From assembly GCA_964397055.1 (NCBI GenBank), contig CAYNIS010000003.1:1-35405 (forward strand): a stretch of DNA of 35,405 bases. The letters are read 5' to 3'. The translations under genes were made by a program, and so were the position numbers. Under the pieces are notes generated by a model. That model did no database searches and was not told the DNA's origin. It worked only from the letters and a program-made list of their open reading frames with translations. Shown here piece after piece: positions 8,906 to 17,157 of this stretch. Source of the stretch: an uncultured Rhodospirillaceae bacterium (GTDB lineage: Bacteria > Pseudomonadota > Alphaproteobacteria > CAYNIS01). Positions within the stretch are counted from its first letter, which is position 1. Every line of letters begins with the position of its first letter.

Positions 8906-10216
8906 ATGGCATGGGATTTCGAGACCGAGCCCGAGTTCCAGGAGAAGCTCGACTGGATCGAGGACTTCGTGAAGACGCGGGTCGAACCGCTCGACCACAT
9001 CCTCGGCAGCCCCTACGACGTCGCCGACCGCAAGCGCAACGCCCTGGTCCGGCCGCTCCAGGCGGAGGTCAAGGCCAAGGGTCTGTGGGCCTGTCATTTG
9101 GGGCCGGATCTGGGCGGACCCGGCTACGGCCAGGTGAAGCTCGCGCTGATGAACGAGATCCTGGGCCGCACGCGCTTCGGGCCCAGCGTCTTCGGCTGCC
9201 AGGCGCCGGACAGCGGCAATGCCGAGATCCTGGCCCATTTCGGCACGCCCGAGCAGAAGAAGCGCTGGCTGGAACCGCTGCTCGCCAACGAGATCGTCTC
9301 CTGCTTCTCGATCACCGAGCCGCAGGGCGGGGCCGACCCCAAGGTGTTCACCACCCGCGCCCATCAGGAGGGCGGCGACTGGGTCATCAACGGCCAGAAA
9401 TGGTTTGCGTCCAACGCCCGCTACGCGTCGTTCCTGATCACCATGGCGGTGACCGACCCCGACGCCGCGTCCCCCTATGACCGGATGTCGATGTTCATCG
9501 TGCCGACGGGCACCCCGGGCATGGAGATCGTGCGCAATGTCGGCTTCCTGGGGGAGGTTGCGGACACCCACGCCTACATGGATTTCACCAACTGCCGGGT
9601 CCCGGCGGAAAACATGCTGGGGGCACGCGGCCAGGCCTTCCTGGTGGCCCAGACCCGTCTTGGCGGCGGGCGCATCCACCACGCCATGCGCACGATCGGG
9701 GAAGCGAAACAAGCCCTCGACATGATGTGCACGCGCGTCTTGAGCCGGGAGACTCAGGGCCAGCGCCTGTGGGAAAAGCAGATGGTGCAGGAAAAGATCG
9801 CCGACAGCTGGGTCGAGCTCGAACAGTTCCGCCTGCTGGTCTTGCGCACCGCCTGGCTGATCGACAAGCACAAGGACTACAAGAAGGTGCGCAAGGACAT
9901 CTCCGCCGTGAAAGCGGCAATGCCCAAGGTGCTGCACGACATCGCGTCCCGCGCGCTGCACATCCACGGTTCTCTCGGCATTTCCAAGGAACTGCCGCTC
10001 GCCGACATGGTCATGCAGTCGTTCCATGTCGGCCTCGCCGACGGCCCGGGAGAGGTGCACAAGGCGACCCTGGTCAAGCAGCTATTGCGCGAATACAGCC
10101 CGGACAACGGCCTGTTCCCGCACTATCACCTGCCGGCCGAGCGCGACCGTGCCTGGCAGCTCTACGGTGACACGCTGGAGGACCTGGGCGACATGGCGGA
10201 GGCGGCGGCGTCATGA
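8906..10216 (+). CDS. acyl-CoA dehydrogenase family protein, FadE2/ACAD10-ACAD11-like subgroup
   Basis: ACAD fold motifs (CFSITEPQGGADP, GGGRIHHAMR). The C-terminal motif is ADGPGEVH in place of the usual YEGTxEI. GGGAGG lies 9 nt upstream of ATG 8906. Confidence 0.9.
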   Translation: MAWDFETEPEFQEKLDWIEDFVKTRVEPLDHILGSPYDVADRKRNALVRPLQAEVKAKGLWACHLGPDLGGPGYGQVKLALMNEILGRTRFGPSVFGCQAPDSGNAEILAHFGTPEQKKRWLEPLLANEIVSCFSITEPQGGADPKVFTTRAHQEGGDWVINGQKWFASNARYASFLITMAVTDPDAASPYDRMSMFIVPTGTPGMEIVRNVGFLGEVADTHAYMDFTNCRVPAENMLGARGQAFLVAQTRLGGGRIHHAMRTIGEAKQALDMMCTRVLSRETQGQRLWEKQMVQEKIADSWVELEQFRLLVLRTAWLIDKHKDYKKVRKDISAVKAAMPKVLHDIASRALHIHGSLGISKELPLADMVMQSFHVGLADGPGEVHKATLVKQLLREYSPDNGLFPHYHLPAERDRAWQLYGDTLEDLGDMAEAAAS

Positions 10217-11280
10217 CCGATGCGCCGGAACTGGCGCCGGTCCGCGCGGACGAGGAACTGGCCTGGGACCGGCTGGAAGCCCATCTGAAGGCCCGTATCG
10301 AGGGTCTCGACGGGCCGATGGAGGTGCTCCAGTTCCCCGGCGGAAACGCCAACCTCACCTACCTCGTGCGGTTTCCGGAGGCCCCGGCCGACCGGCGGGA
10401 ACTGGTGGTGCGCCGCCCGCCGCTGGGGCCGGTCGCCCCCGGTGCCCATGACATGGGCCGCGAATACCGGGCGCTGACCGGGCTCGCCCCGGTCTTCGAC
10501 CGCGCCCCCAAGCCGTTCCTCCATTGCGAGGACGAGGGCGTCATCGGCGCCCCCTTCCTGGTGATGGAACGGCGCACCGGTGTCGTCATGCGCGGGGAGG
10601 TGCCGGCGGAACTGCAACGGTTCGAGGAGGTCGAACGGCGCATGAGCTTCGCCCTCGTCGATGCCATGGCCGACTTCCACGCGCTCGATCCCGAGGCCAT
10701 CGGTCTCGGCGGCCTGGGCAAGCCGGCGGGCTTCGTCGAGCGTCAGGTCCATGGCTGGATGAAGCGCTGGGAGCGGGCGAAGGACCGCGACCTGCCGGTT
10801 GCCGAGCGGGTCTATCGGCGCCTGATCGAGACCATGCCGGACCAACAGGGACCGAGCCTGGTGCACAACGACCTGAAGCTCGACAACTGCCAGTTCGATC
10901 CAGCGAACCCGGGCCGCGTGAAATCGATCTTCGATTGGGACATGACCACGGTCGGCGACCCGCTGATCGACCTCGGCACCCTGCTCGGCTACTGGAACGA
11001 CCCGGGCGATACCAAGAGCCGGTCGGCCGCCCCGGTCGCCAGCGACGGTCGCTACCCGACCCGGGCTGAGATCACCGCACGTTACGCCGGTCGGTCGAGC
11101 GCCGATCTTTCCCGCATCGGCTGGTATGAGGCGTTCGCCCTGTGGAAGACCGGCGTCGTCGTCCAGCAGATCTTCATCCGCTGGAAGCTGGGCCAGACCC
11201 AGGACCCACGGTTCGAGGCGATGGGCCCGCGGGTCCCGGTCCAGATGGACCTGGCGGAGGCGACGCTCGACGCCGCCTGA
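10213..11280 (+). CDS. phosphotransferase (APH/choline-kinase fold) family protein
   Basis: Brenner-type catalytic loop LVHNDLKLDNCQF and IFDWDMTTVGDPLIDL. The start ATG overlaps the upstream stop (ATGA at 10213-10216). Confidence 0.9.
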   Translation: MTDAPELAPVRADEELAWDRLEAHLKARIEGLDGPMEVLQFPGGNANLTYLVRFPEAPADRRELVVRRPPLGPVAPGAHDMGREYRALTGLAPVFDRAPKPFLHCEDEGVIGAPFLVMERRTGVVMRGEVPAELQRFEEVERRMSFALVDAMADFHALDPEAIGLGGLGKPAGFVERQVHGWMKRWERAKDRDLPVAERVYRRLIETMPDQQGPSLVHNDLKLDNCQFDPANPGRVKSIFDWDMTTVGDPLIDLGTLLGYWNDPGDTKSRSAAPVASDGRYPTRAEITARYAGRSSADLSRIGWYEAFALWKTGVVVQQIFIRWKLGQTQDPRFEAMGPRVPVQMDLAEATLDAA

Positions 11281-11289
11281 CCGCCGCCG

Positions 11290-11319
11290 CCGTGACCGTC
11301 GCCTCCGTGACCGTCGCCT
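11290..11319. repeat. 15-bp tandem repeat, 2 exact copies (ccgtgaccgtcgcct), intergenic between convergent genes
   Basis: Direct reading: 11290-11304 equals 11305-11319. Confidence 0.85.
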
Positions 11320-11334
11320 CCCTGGACGTCTCGA

Positions 11335-12522
11335 TCAGCCCTCGGCGAGGGAGGCGACCGCGGCCTCGACACCGCCTTTCGTGTAGGGAACACCGGCGAG
11401 CGTCATCGACAGTTCGACGATGGAAAGCGCGCCCAGCAGCATCGGCTCGTTCAGGTCGCCCATATGGCCGATGCGGAAGACCTTGCCGCCGAGCTTGGTG
11501 AGGCCGCCGCCGAGCGAGACGTTGTACTTGTCGATGGCGATCCGGCGCACCTTCTCGGCATCGGACCCGTCCGGCACCAGGATCGCTGAGACGGAGTCGG
11601 AAAAGGTGTCGGGATTGGTGCAGTAGAGTTCCGGGCCGCCGTTCTGCGACCACACGGCCGCGGCTGCCCGGGTCGCCTTTGCCAACCGGTTGTGACGGGC
11701 GAAGACGTTGTCCAGGCCCTCTTCCTCCAGCATCTTCAGGCCCTCCTGCAGGCCGAAGAAGAGATGCACCGGGGCGGTGCCGACGAACCAGGGCTGGCCC
11801 TTGTCGTTGGTGCGCGGCTTCCAGTCCCAATAGCGCCGCGGCATGCGCGCCGACTGGGTCGCTTCCATCGCCTTCGGCGACACGCCGGTGAAGCAGACGC
11901 CCGGTGGCAGCATCAGGCCCTTCTGCGAGCCGCCGACGGCGACGTCGACCTTCCAGTCGTCCATGCGGAAGTCGAAGGACGCCAGGGAGGAGATGGTGTC
12001 GACGAAGAACAGCGCCGGGTGCCCGGCGGCGTCGATCGCCTGCCGCAGCAGGTCGATGCGGTTGGCGACGCCGGTGGAGGTCTCGTTGTGGACCGCGAGC
12101 ACGGCACGGATGTCGCGCGCGGTATCCTCGCGCAGCTTGGCTTCGAGCGCGTTCGGGTCGATGCCGCGGCGCCAGTCGCCGGCAAGCGTCTCGACCTTGA
12201 GGCCGAGAGCCTCGGCCATGGTCGTCCAGAAGACGGAAAAGGCGCCGCTTTCCAGGACCAGGACTGTGTCACCGGGCGAACAGGTGTTGGCGAACGCGAT
12301 TTCCCAAGCACCGTGGCCGGAGGCGGCGTAGGCGTAGACTGGATGTTCGGTCTTGAAGACCCGCTTCAGCCCGGCGAAGCACTCCTCCGCAACGGCCTTG
12401 AATTCGGTTTCGACGAAGTCCACGGCCGGCCGGTGCATGGCGTTCAGGACACGGTCGGGGATGTTGGTCGGACCCGGGTTCATGAAGAACTGGCGGCCGC
12501 GCATCACTGGCGTCACGGGCAT
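11335..12522 (-). CDS. class-V aminotransferase (serine-glyoxylate / alanine-glyoxylate / serine-pyruvate type)
   Basis: NPGPTNIP near the N-terminus, ...HNETSTGV..., and the PLP-lysine context GGSQKGLMLPPG, typical of AGXT/SgaA-type enzymes. Confidence 0.85.
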   Translation of the reverse strand: MPVTPVMRGRQFFMNPGPTNIPDRVLNAMHRPAVDFVETEFKAVAEECFAGLKRVFKTEHPVYAYAASGHGAWEIAFANTCSPGDTVLVLESGAFSVFWTTMAEALGLKVETLAGDWRRGIDPNALEAKLREDTARDIRAVLAVHNETSTGVANRIDLLRQAIDAAGHPALFFVDTISSLASFDFRMDDWKVDVAVGGSQKGLMLPPGVCFTGVSPKAMEATQSARMPRRYWDWKPRTNDKGQPWFVGTAPVHLFFGLQEGLKMLEEEGLDNVFARHNRLAKATRAAAAVWSQNGGPELYCTNPDTFSDSVSAILVPDGSDAEKVRRIAIDKYNVSLGGGLTKLGGKVFRIGHMGDLNEPMLLGALSIVELSMTLAGVPYTKGGVEAAVASLAEG

Positions 12523-12606
12523 AGGTCTCCTGGAAGGTCGGAACGAAAATGTCCGGCCGAAGGGCGTTCCGGCCGGACCGCGGAAGATAGGCGAAAACGC
12601 AGTCGA

Positions 12607-13029
12607 TCAGCCTTGCGCATCCTGGGCGGCTGCCCGGCGCTCGGCCCTGGCTTCATCCTGGCGGTCGTAATAGGTCTTCATGACCAGGAAGAGAACGCCG
12701 ACCGCCCCGACGAAGATCGTCAGTCCGGTCATGTAGAACGGACCGCTGCGGGTGATACCGGCCAGAACCAGGCCGACGAATGCCGAAACCGCGCCGCCGA
12801 TGCCCAGCCGGCGGATATCCGCGGGGCCCCCGTTCAAGAGCGGCGGCAGCCAGGGCGGCGACTGCCCGTCGAGGTGGCAATCGAGCTGGTAGAACGCATA
12901 GGCGAATGCGGCACCGGCGACCAGAACGGCCACCACATGGGCTTCCGGATTGTTCGAACTGGACCCGATCAGCAGGGCTGCCAGCGCCACCACCACCGGA
13001 CCCCCGATGGCAATCCACCACTTCGGCAT
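12607..13029 (-). CDS. hypothetical small membrane protein (about 4 TM segments)
   Basis: ATG 13029 is preceded by GAGAGGA. The body is hydrophobic and the tail is charged (YYDRQDEARAERRAAAQDAQG). The track ORF extension to 13140 is rejected. Confidence 0.55.
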   Translation of the reverse strand: MPKWWIAIGGPVVVALAALLIGSSSNNPEAHVVAVLVAGAAFAYAFYQLDCHLDGQSPPWLPPLLNGGPADIRRLGIGGAVSAFVGLVLAGITRSGPFYMTGLTIFVGAVGVLFLVMKTYYDRQDEARAERRAAAQDAQG

Positions 13030-13223
13030 AACGTCCTCTCTCCCCGATCCTCCGGCACACTCCGTTGAGGGATGGCGCCAGGAAATGTCTTTATCCGCGA
13101 TCGATTGTCGCGAAAGATTTGGGGCATAACCACACGGCATGGCAAGGAGGTGCGCGCATTCGCTCCGACCGGCCTGCCCTGTTCGACCCGACCCTCGGGT
13201 CCGCTGACCGACTGGTGGAGATC

Positions 13224-13772
13224 ATGGCGGATAAGAAGCCGGAAAAGAGCCTTGGCGAACGGTTCGAGGCGCTGCGCGCGCAGGTCGTGCACCTCGCTGC
13301 CTATTTGCAGAAGGTCAAGCGCGAACTCGCGACCATCCAGGCGGAGGACGGGACCCCGGACCACTTCGTCGCGATCAGCGATCAATTGGACGCCATCGGC
13401 CGTTCGACCGAGGACGCTTCCGAACAGATCATGGAGGCGAACGAGACGATCATTGCGATGATGGACAAGCTCGGCAAACGGTCGATGGACGACAAGACCG
13501 CGGAGATCGTGTTCGAGGTGAAGGAGCAGGCCAACAAGGTGTTCGAGGCCTGTGCCTTCCAGGACCTGACCGGCCAGCGCATCACCAAGATCACCAAGAC
13601 GATGGCGCTGATCGAGGAAACGGTCAGGGCCCTCGTCGACCTGGTCGGCGTCGACGATACGGTCGAGGCAAGCCGGCTTGCGGAAGCCGCGATCAAGGTC
13701 GATGCCGGCATTCGCCTCGACGGCCCCCAGGAAGGGGTCAGCCAGGCGGACATCGACGCCCTGTTCGACTGA
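13224..13772 (+). CDS. cheZ: CheZ-family chemotaxis phosphatase (stand-alone)
   Basis: ACAFQDLTGQRITKI contains the CheZ catalytic-glutamine DLTGQ motif. The acidic C-terminal peptide ...SQADIDALFD resembles the CheY-P-binding tail. GC3 rises sharply at ATG 13224; the upstream track extension (TTG 13065) has poor GC3. Confidence 0.7.
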   Translation: MADKKPEKSLGERFEALRAQVVHLAAYLQKVKRELATIQAEDGTPDHFVAISDQLDAIGRSTEDASEQIMEANETIIAMMDKLGKRSMDDKTAEIVFEVKEQANKVFEACAFQDLTGQRITKITKTMALIEETVRALVDLVGVDDTVEASRLAEAAIKVDAGIRLDGPQEGVSQADIDALFD

Positions 13773-13853
13773 GCCCTGTTCGACTGAGCCCTGTTCGACT
13801 GAGCCCTGTTCGACTGAGCCCTGTTCAACTGAACCCTGTTCGACTGAACCTTG
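13758..13853. repeat. 15-bp tandem repeat, about 6.4 copies (unit gccctgttcgactga), starting with the last 4 codons plus stop of cheZ
   Basis: Direct reading: copies at 13758, 13773, 13788 and 13803 are identical. The copy at 13818 has gac>aac, the copy at 13833 starts with a, and there is a partial copy at 13848. Confidence 0.95.
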
Positions 13854-14004
13854 GGAGGGAGCCGCGGCCGGCGATGCGGCGCGACAGCGTCGCCCTGTCG
13901 CTGCTAACCGTCCGGTCGGTTGGCTTGCGGACGGCGACGGCCCTTCGCATTATCGCATCGAACCAGACACACCGCGCCTGAAACCCCCGGGAGGAAGCTC
14001 CGTC

Positions 14005-15165
14005 ATGCACATGCACCCCAACGGCTACAGCCCTTCCTATGTGACGGAGGACATCGCGATCTTCCGCGATGCCAGCCGCAAGTTCCTGGAACAGGAAATT
14101 GCCCCGCACATGGACCAGTGGATCGAGGATGGCGTAATCGGGCGGGAGGCCTGGACCAAGTGCGGCGAGGCCGGGCTCCTGTGCGCGTCGATGCCGGAAC
14201 AGTACGGCGGCGCCGGCGGCACCTTCGCCCATGAGGCGGTCCTGATCGAGGAGCAGGAATACGCCGGCATCTCCGGCTTCGGCATGTCGCTCCACAACGC
14301 CATCATCGCCCCCTACATCCTGCGCTACGGCAGCGAGGATCAGCGCCGCCGCTGGCTGCCGAAGCTGGCGACCGGCGAACTGATCGGCGCGATCGCGATG
14401 ACCGAACCGGGCACTGGGTCCGACCTCCAGGCGGTCAAGACCACGGCCAAGAAGGACGGCAACCAGTACGTCGTCAACGGCCAGAAGACCTTCATCACCA
14501 ACGGCCAGATGGCCAACCTGATCATCGTCGTCGCCAAGACAGACAGCTCGCAGGGGGCCAAGGGCACCTCGCTGGTGGTGGTCGAGACCGACGAGGTCGA
14601 CGGTTTCCGGCGCGGCCGCAACCTCGAGAAGGTCGGGATGGAGGCGGCCGACACCTCCGAACTGTTCTTCGACGAAGTGCGCGTGCCCACCGCCAACATG
14701 CTGGGCGAGGAAGAGGGCCGCGGCTTCTACCAACTGATGGAACAGCTGCCCCAGGAGCGCCTGATCATCGGCCTGCAGGCAATTTCCATGATCGAACGCG
14801 CGATCAAGGTCACGGTGGACTACACCAAGGAACGCAAGGCTTTCGGCAAGTCGATCCTCGACTTCCAGAACACCCGCTTCAAGCTGGCCGAAGCCAAGAC
14901 AGAGGCGACGGTGGCGCGCATGTTCATCGACCGCTGCGTCGACCTTCTCCTCGAAGACAAGCTCGACGCCACAACAGCCGCGATGACCAAGTGGTGGACC
15001 ACGGAACTGCAATGCAAGATCGTCGACGAGTGCCTGCAGCTGCACGGCGGCTACGGCTACATGGTCGAATACCCGATCGCGCGAATGTTCAAGGACGCCC
15101 GCGTCCAGAAGATCTACGGCGGTACCAACGAAATCATGAAGGAACTGATCTCACGCACGCTGTGA
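14005..15165 (+). CDS. acyl-CoA dehydrogenase (classical short/medium/long-chain type)
   Basis: AIAMTEPGTGSDL, and a C-terminal YGGTNEIMKELISRTL with the canonical catalytic Glu context. GGAGGAA lies 8 nt upstream of ATG 14005. The track ORF extension to 13678 is the repeat array read in another frame. Confidence 0.9.
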   Translation: MHMHPNGYSPSYVTEDIAIFRDASRKFLEQEIAPHMDQWIEDGVIGREAWTKCGEAGLLCASMPEQYGGAGGTFAHEAVLIEEQEYAGISGFGMSLHNAIIAPYILRYGSEDQRRRWLPKLATGELIGAIAMTEPGTGSDLQAVKTTAKKDGNQYVVNGQKTFITNGQMANLIIVVAKTDSSQGAKGTSLVVVETDEVDGFRRGRNLEKVGMEAADTSELFFDEVRVPTANMLGEEEGRGFYQLMEQLPQERLIIGLQAISMIERAIKVTVDYTKERKAFGKSILDFQNTRFKLAEAKTEATVARMFIDRCVDLLLEDKLDATTAAMTKWWTTELQCKIVDECLQLHGGYGYMVEYPIARMFKDARVQKIYGGTNEIMKELISRTL

Positions 15166-15208
15166 GGTCGGACGATTGACGCCGATCCGGCAGGTGCCAT
15201 GGAAGCTA

Positions 15209-15241
15209 CCCCCCGAAGCCCTGTTGTTTCGGGGGGTTTTG
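15209..15241 (+). terminator. rho-independent terminator after the acyl-CoA dehydrogenase gene
   Basis: ccccccgaa (15209-15217) pairs with ttcgggggg (15228-15236), followed by tttt. Confidence 0.7.
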
Positions 15242-15302
15242 CTTCCCATGTGCGTAGGCGGCAGCGGCCTGCCGACAGGACAAACCGCCAGGGTCGAGCG
15301 CC

Positions 15303-15794
15303 ATGAGCACCCGGATGTCGATCTTCAACAGCCCGTTCCTTCTGGGCTTCGACCAGTTCGAAAGGTCCCTGGACCGGGTGACGAAGACAGCGACCGACGG
15401 CTATCCGCCCTACAACATCGAACAGGTCGGTGAGGATGCGTTCCGCATCACGCTCGCCGTCGCCGGCTTCCGGCCGGAGGATCTGTCCGTCCAGATCGAG
15501 AACAACCAGCTTCTGATCCGCGGTCGCCAGCAGGACGACAAGGACCGGGTCTATCTCCACCGCGGCATCGCCGCCCGCCAGTTCCAGCGCGGTTTCGTGC
15601 TGGCCGAGGGGATCGAGGTGACCGGTGCCGAACTCGACAACGGCCTCCTCAATATCGACCTCTTCCGGCCGGTGCCGGAAAGTCGTGTCAAGACGGTCGA
15701 AATTCGTCAGGCCGCCAAGGGCCGGGCCATCGGCTCCAAGCCGGTCGAGAAGCTGGCCGACAAATCCCCGGATCCGGCTGACGGCGACGCTTGA
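15303..15794 (+). CDS. Hsp20/alpha-crystallin small heat-shock protein (IbpA-like)
   Basis: YPPYNIEQVGEDAFRITLAVAGF...LSVQIENNQLLIRG...GIAARQFQRGFVLAEGIEV...NGLLNIDL is a canonical alpha-crystallin domain. Confidence 0.9.
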   Translation: MSTRMSIFNSPFLLGFDQFERSLDRVTKTATDGYPPYNIEQVGEDAFRITLAVAGFRPEDLSVQIENNQLLIRGRQQDDKDRVYLHRGIAARQFQRGFVLAEGIEVTGAELDNGLLNIDLFRPVPESRVKTVEIRQAAKGRAIGSKPVEKLADKSPDPADGDA

Positions 15795-15850
15795 GGCTTA
15801 CCCGGCATAAGGAAGGGCAAGGGCTTGGCCCCGGGGAGCACGCGTCGGCG

Positions 15851-16300
15851 TCAAGCAGCCTCGTAGGCCGCCGTGTCCGACCCGAGAAGGGCACGAATGG
15901 CATCCTCGCCATCGGCATTGCGCAGGCGTTCGCACAAGCCCTGATCGCGAAGCGTGCGCGACACATGCGCCAGCGCCTTCAGGTGATCGGCACCGGCGTC
16001 GGTCGGCGCCAAGAGCATGTAGACGAGATCGACCGGCATGTCGTCGACGGCATCGAAGGGGACCGGCCGCTCCAGCCGCGCGAAGATGCCGATAACCCGG
16101 GAAAGGGAGCCGATGCGGCCATGCGGGATCGCGATCCCGCCGCCGATGCCGGTGCTGCCCAGGCGCTCACGCTCGATCAGGACATCGAACACGCGCGCTT
16201 CCGGTTCCGCCACCAGCGGGGCGGCATGCCGCGCCAGTTCCTGGATCAGTTGCTTCTTCGACGACGCGCGAAGCGTGGCGATAACGACTGAAGGCGTCAT
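15851..16300 (-). CDS. ptsN: PTS-Ntr EIIA nitrogen regulatory protein
   Basis: ...RERLGSTGIGGGIAIPHG... (phosphorylatable His context). Positioned downstream of rpoN-hpf. Confidence 0.9.
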   Translation of the reverse strand: MTPSVVIATLRASSKKQLIQELARHAAPLVAEPEARVFDVLIERERLGSTGIGGGIAIPHGRIGSLSRVIGIFARLERPVPFDAVDDMPVDLVYMLLAPTDAGADHLKALAHVSRTLRDQGLCERLRNADGEDAIRALLGSDTAAYEAA

Positions 16301-16360
16301 GGGATTGCGATCCCCTTCACCCGTCCGGGAACAACGGGCCTGAACAACGGCCCCGGGACA

Positions 16361-16957
16361 TCAGTCGGCGGCCTGGTCGTTACCGCGCGGATCGACCCAG
16401 CCGACATGGCCGTCGGCCCGGCGATAGACCATGTTGAGCCCGCCATGCGCCCGGTTCCTGAACATCAGCGCCGGCAGTTCCGCGAGATCCATGCGCATCA
16501 CTGCCTCGCCGACGGTCAGGGTCTCGACCGGCATCTGCATCTCTGCGACGACGGTCGGTTCACCCTCCGGCTCGACGTGATCATCGGTCTCGGGCTCGGG
16601 CTCCTTCTCCAGGATGTACTGGGCGGCGACGATCGCCTCGCCCGCGCCCTCGTCCGCCCGGCTGTGATGGTCCTTCAGCCGGCGCTTGTAGCGCCGCAGC
16701 CGCTTGCCGACCCGTTCCGTCGCCTGGTTGATGGCGCCATACGGGTCATCGGCATCGGCCGCCGACTGCATGTGGATGCCGCGGCCGACATGCACGGTGA
16801 CATCGGCGCGGTAGAGATGCGCGTGCCGGGAGAAGACGACCGTCGCCTCGATCGGGTTGGAAAAGTACTTCCCCGTTACACCGGCGAGTGTCTCCTCAAC
16901 GTGATTGCGCAGCGACTGGCCAACATCCAGCTGCTTGCCCTTGACGGTGATCTGCAT
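16361..16957 (-). CDS. hpf: ribosome hibernation promoting factor, long form
   Basis: N-terminus MQITVKGKQLDVGQSLRNHVEE..., a KRLRRYKRRL segment, and a C-terminal dimerisation-type domain (...MFRNRAHGGLNMVYRRADGHVGWV). Confidence 0.9.
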   Translation of the reverse strand: MQITVKGKQLDVGQSLRNHVEETLAGVTGKYFSNPIEATVVFSRHAHLYRADVTVHVGRGIHMQSAADADDPYGAINQATERVGKRLRRYKRRLKDHHSRADEGAGEAIVAAQYILEKEPEPETDDHVEPEGEPTVVAEMQMPVETLTVGEAVMRMDLAELPALMFRNRAHGGLNMVYRRADGHVGWVDPRGNDQAAD

Positions 16958-17157
16958 TGAGTCTCGATTTACTTCTGAAGGAGTGATCCCGGGTCAGGTC
17001 ATCGGGCCTCGGGACTTCGGCCGCGCCCGCCGTCAACTGTGCCGGGGTCGCGACATTGGTCCTGACGCCAATGGCTTGTCAAGGTGAGATGGGGTGGCGC
17101 CGGGCCGTTGTCAGCCTCCGGCGCCGTGGCGCCGGCAATCGCTCCCGCGCGGGGGCC

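Noticed and set aside
13065-13223. Longer CheZ starting at TTG 13065, which would also translate the upstream 12-mer as ALFD
   Set aside because: Third-codon GC content is poor across 13065-13223 and rises abruptly at ATG 13224. I treat the upstream 12-mer as a leader or promoter DNA/RNA motif rather than coding sequence.
13758-13853. Possible CRISPR array
   Set aside because: The repeats are directly contiguous 15-mers with no spacers, there are no cas genes in the window, and the unit is too short.
13678-14004. N-terminal extension of the ACAD ORF encoding (EPCST)n, and minus-strand ORF 13382-13828 encoding (NRAQS)n
   Set aside because: Both are simply the cheZ 15-bp repeat array read in other frames. 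The ACAD has a well-placed GGAGGAA RBS and ATG at 14005.
15166-15302. ROSE-type RNA thermometer or sigma-32 promoter upstream of the Hsp20 gene
   Set aside because: TCCCATGT (15244-15251) resembles a sigma-32 -10 box, but the candidate -35 (GTTGTTT) is poor and overlaps the terminator stem. I could not find a ROSE-like hairpin masking an SD sequence. The evidence is too weak to call.
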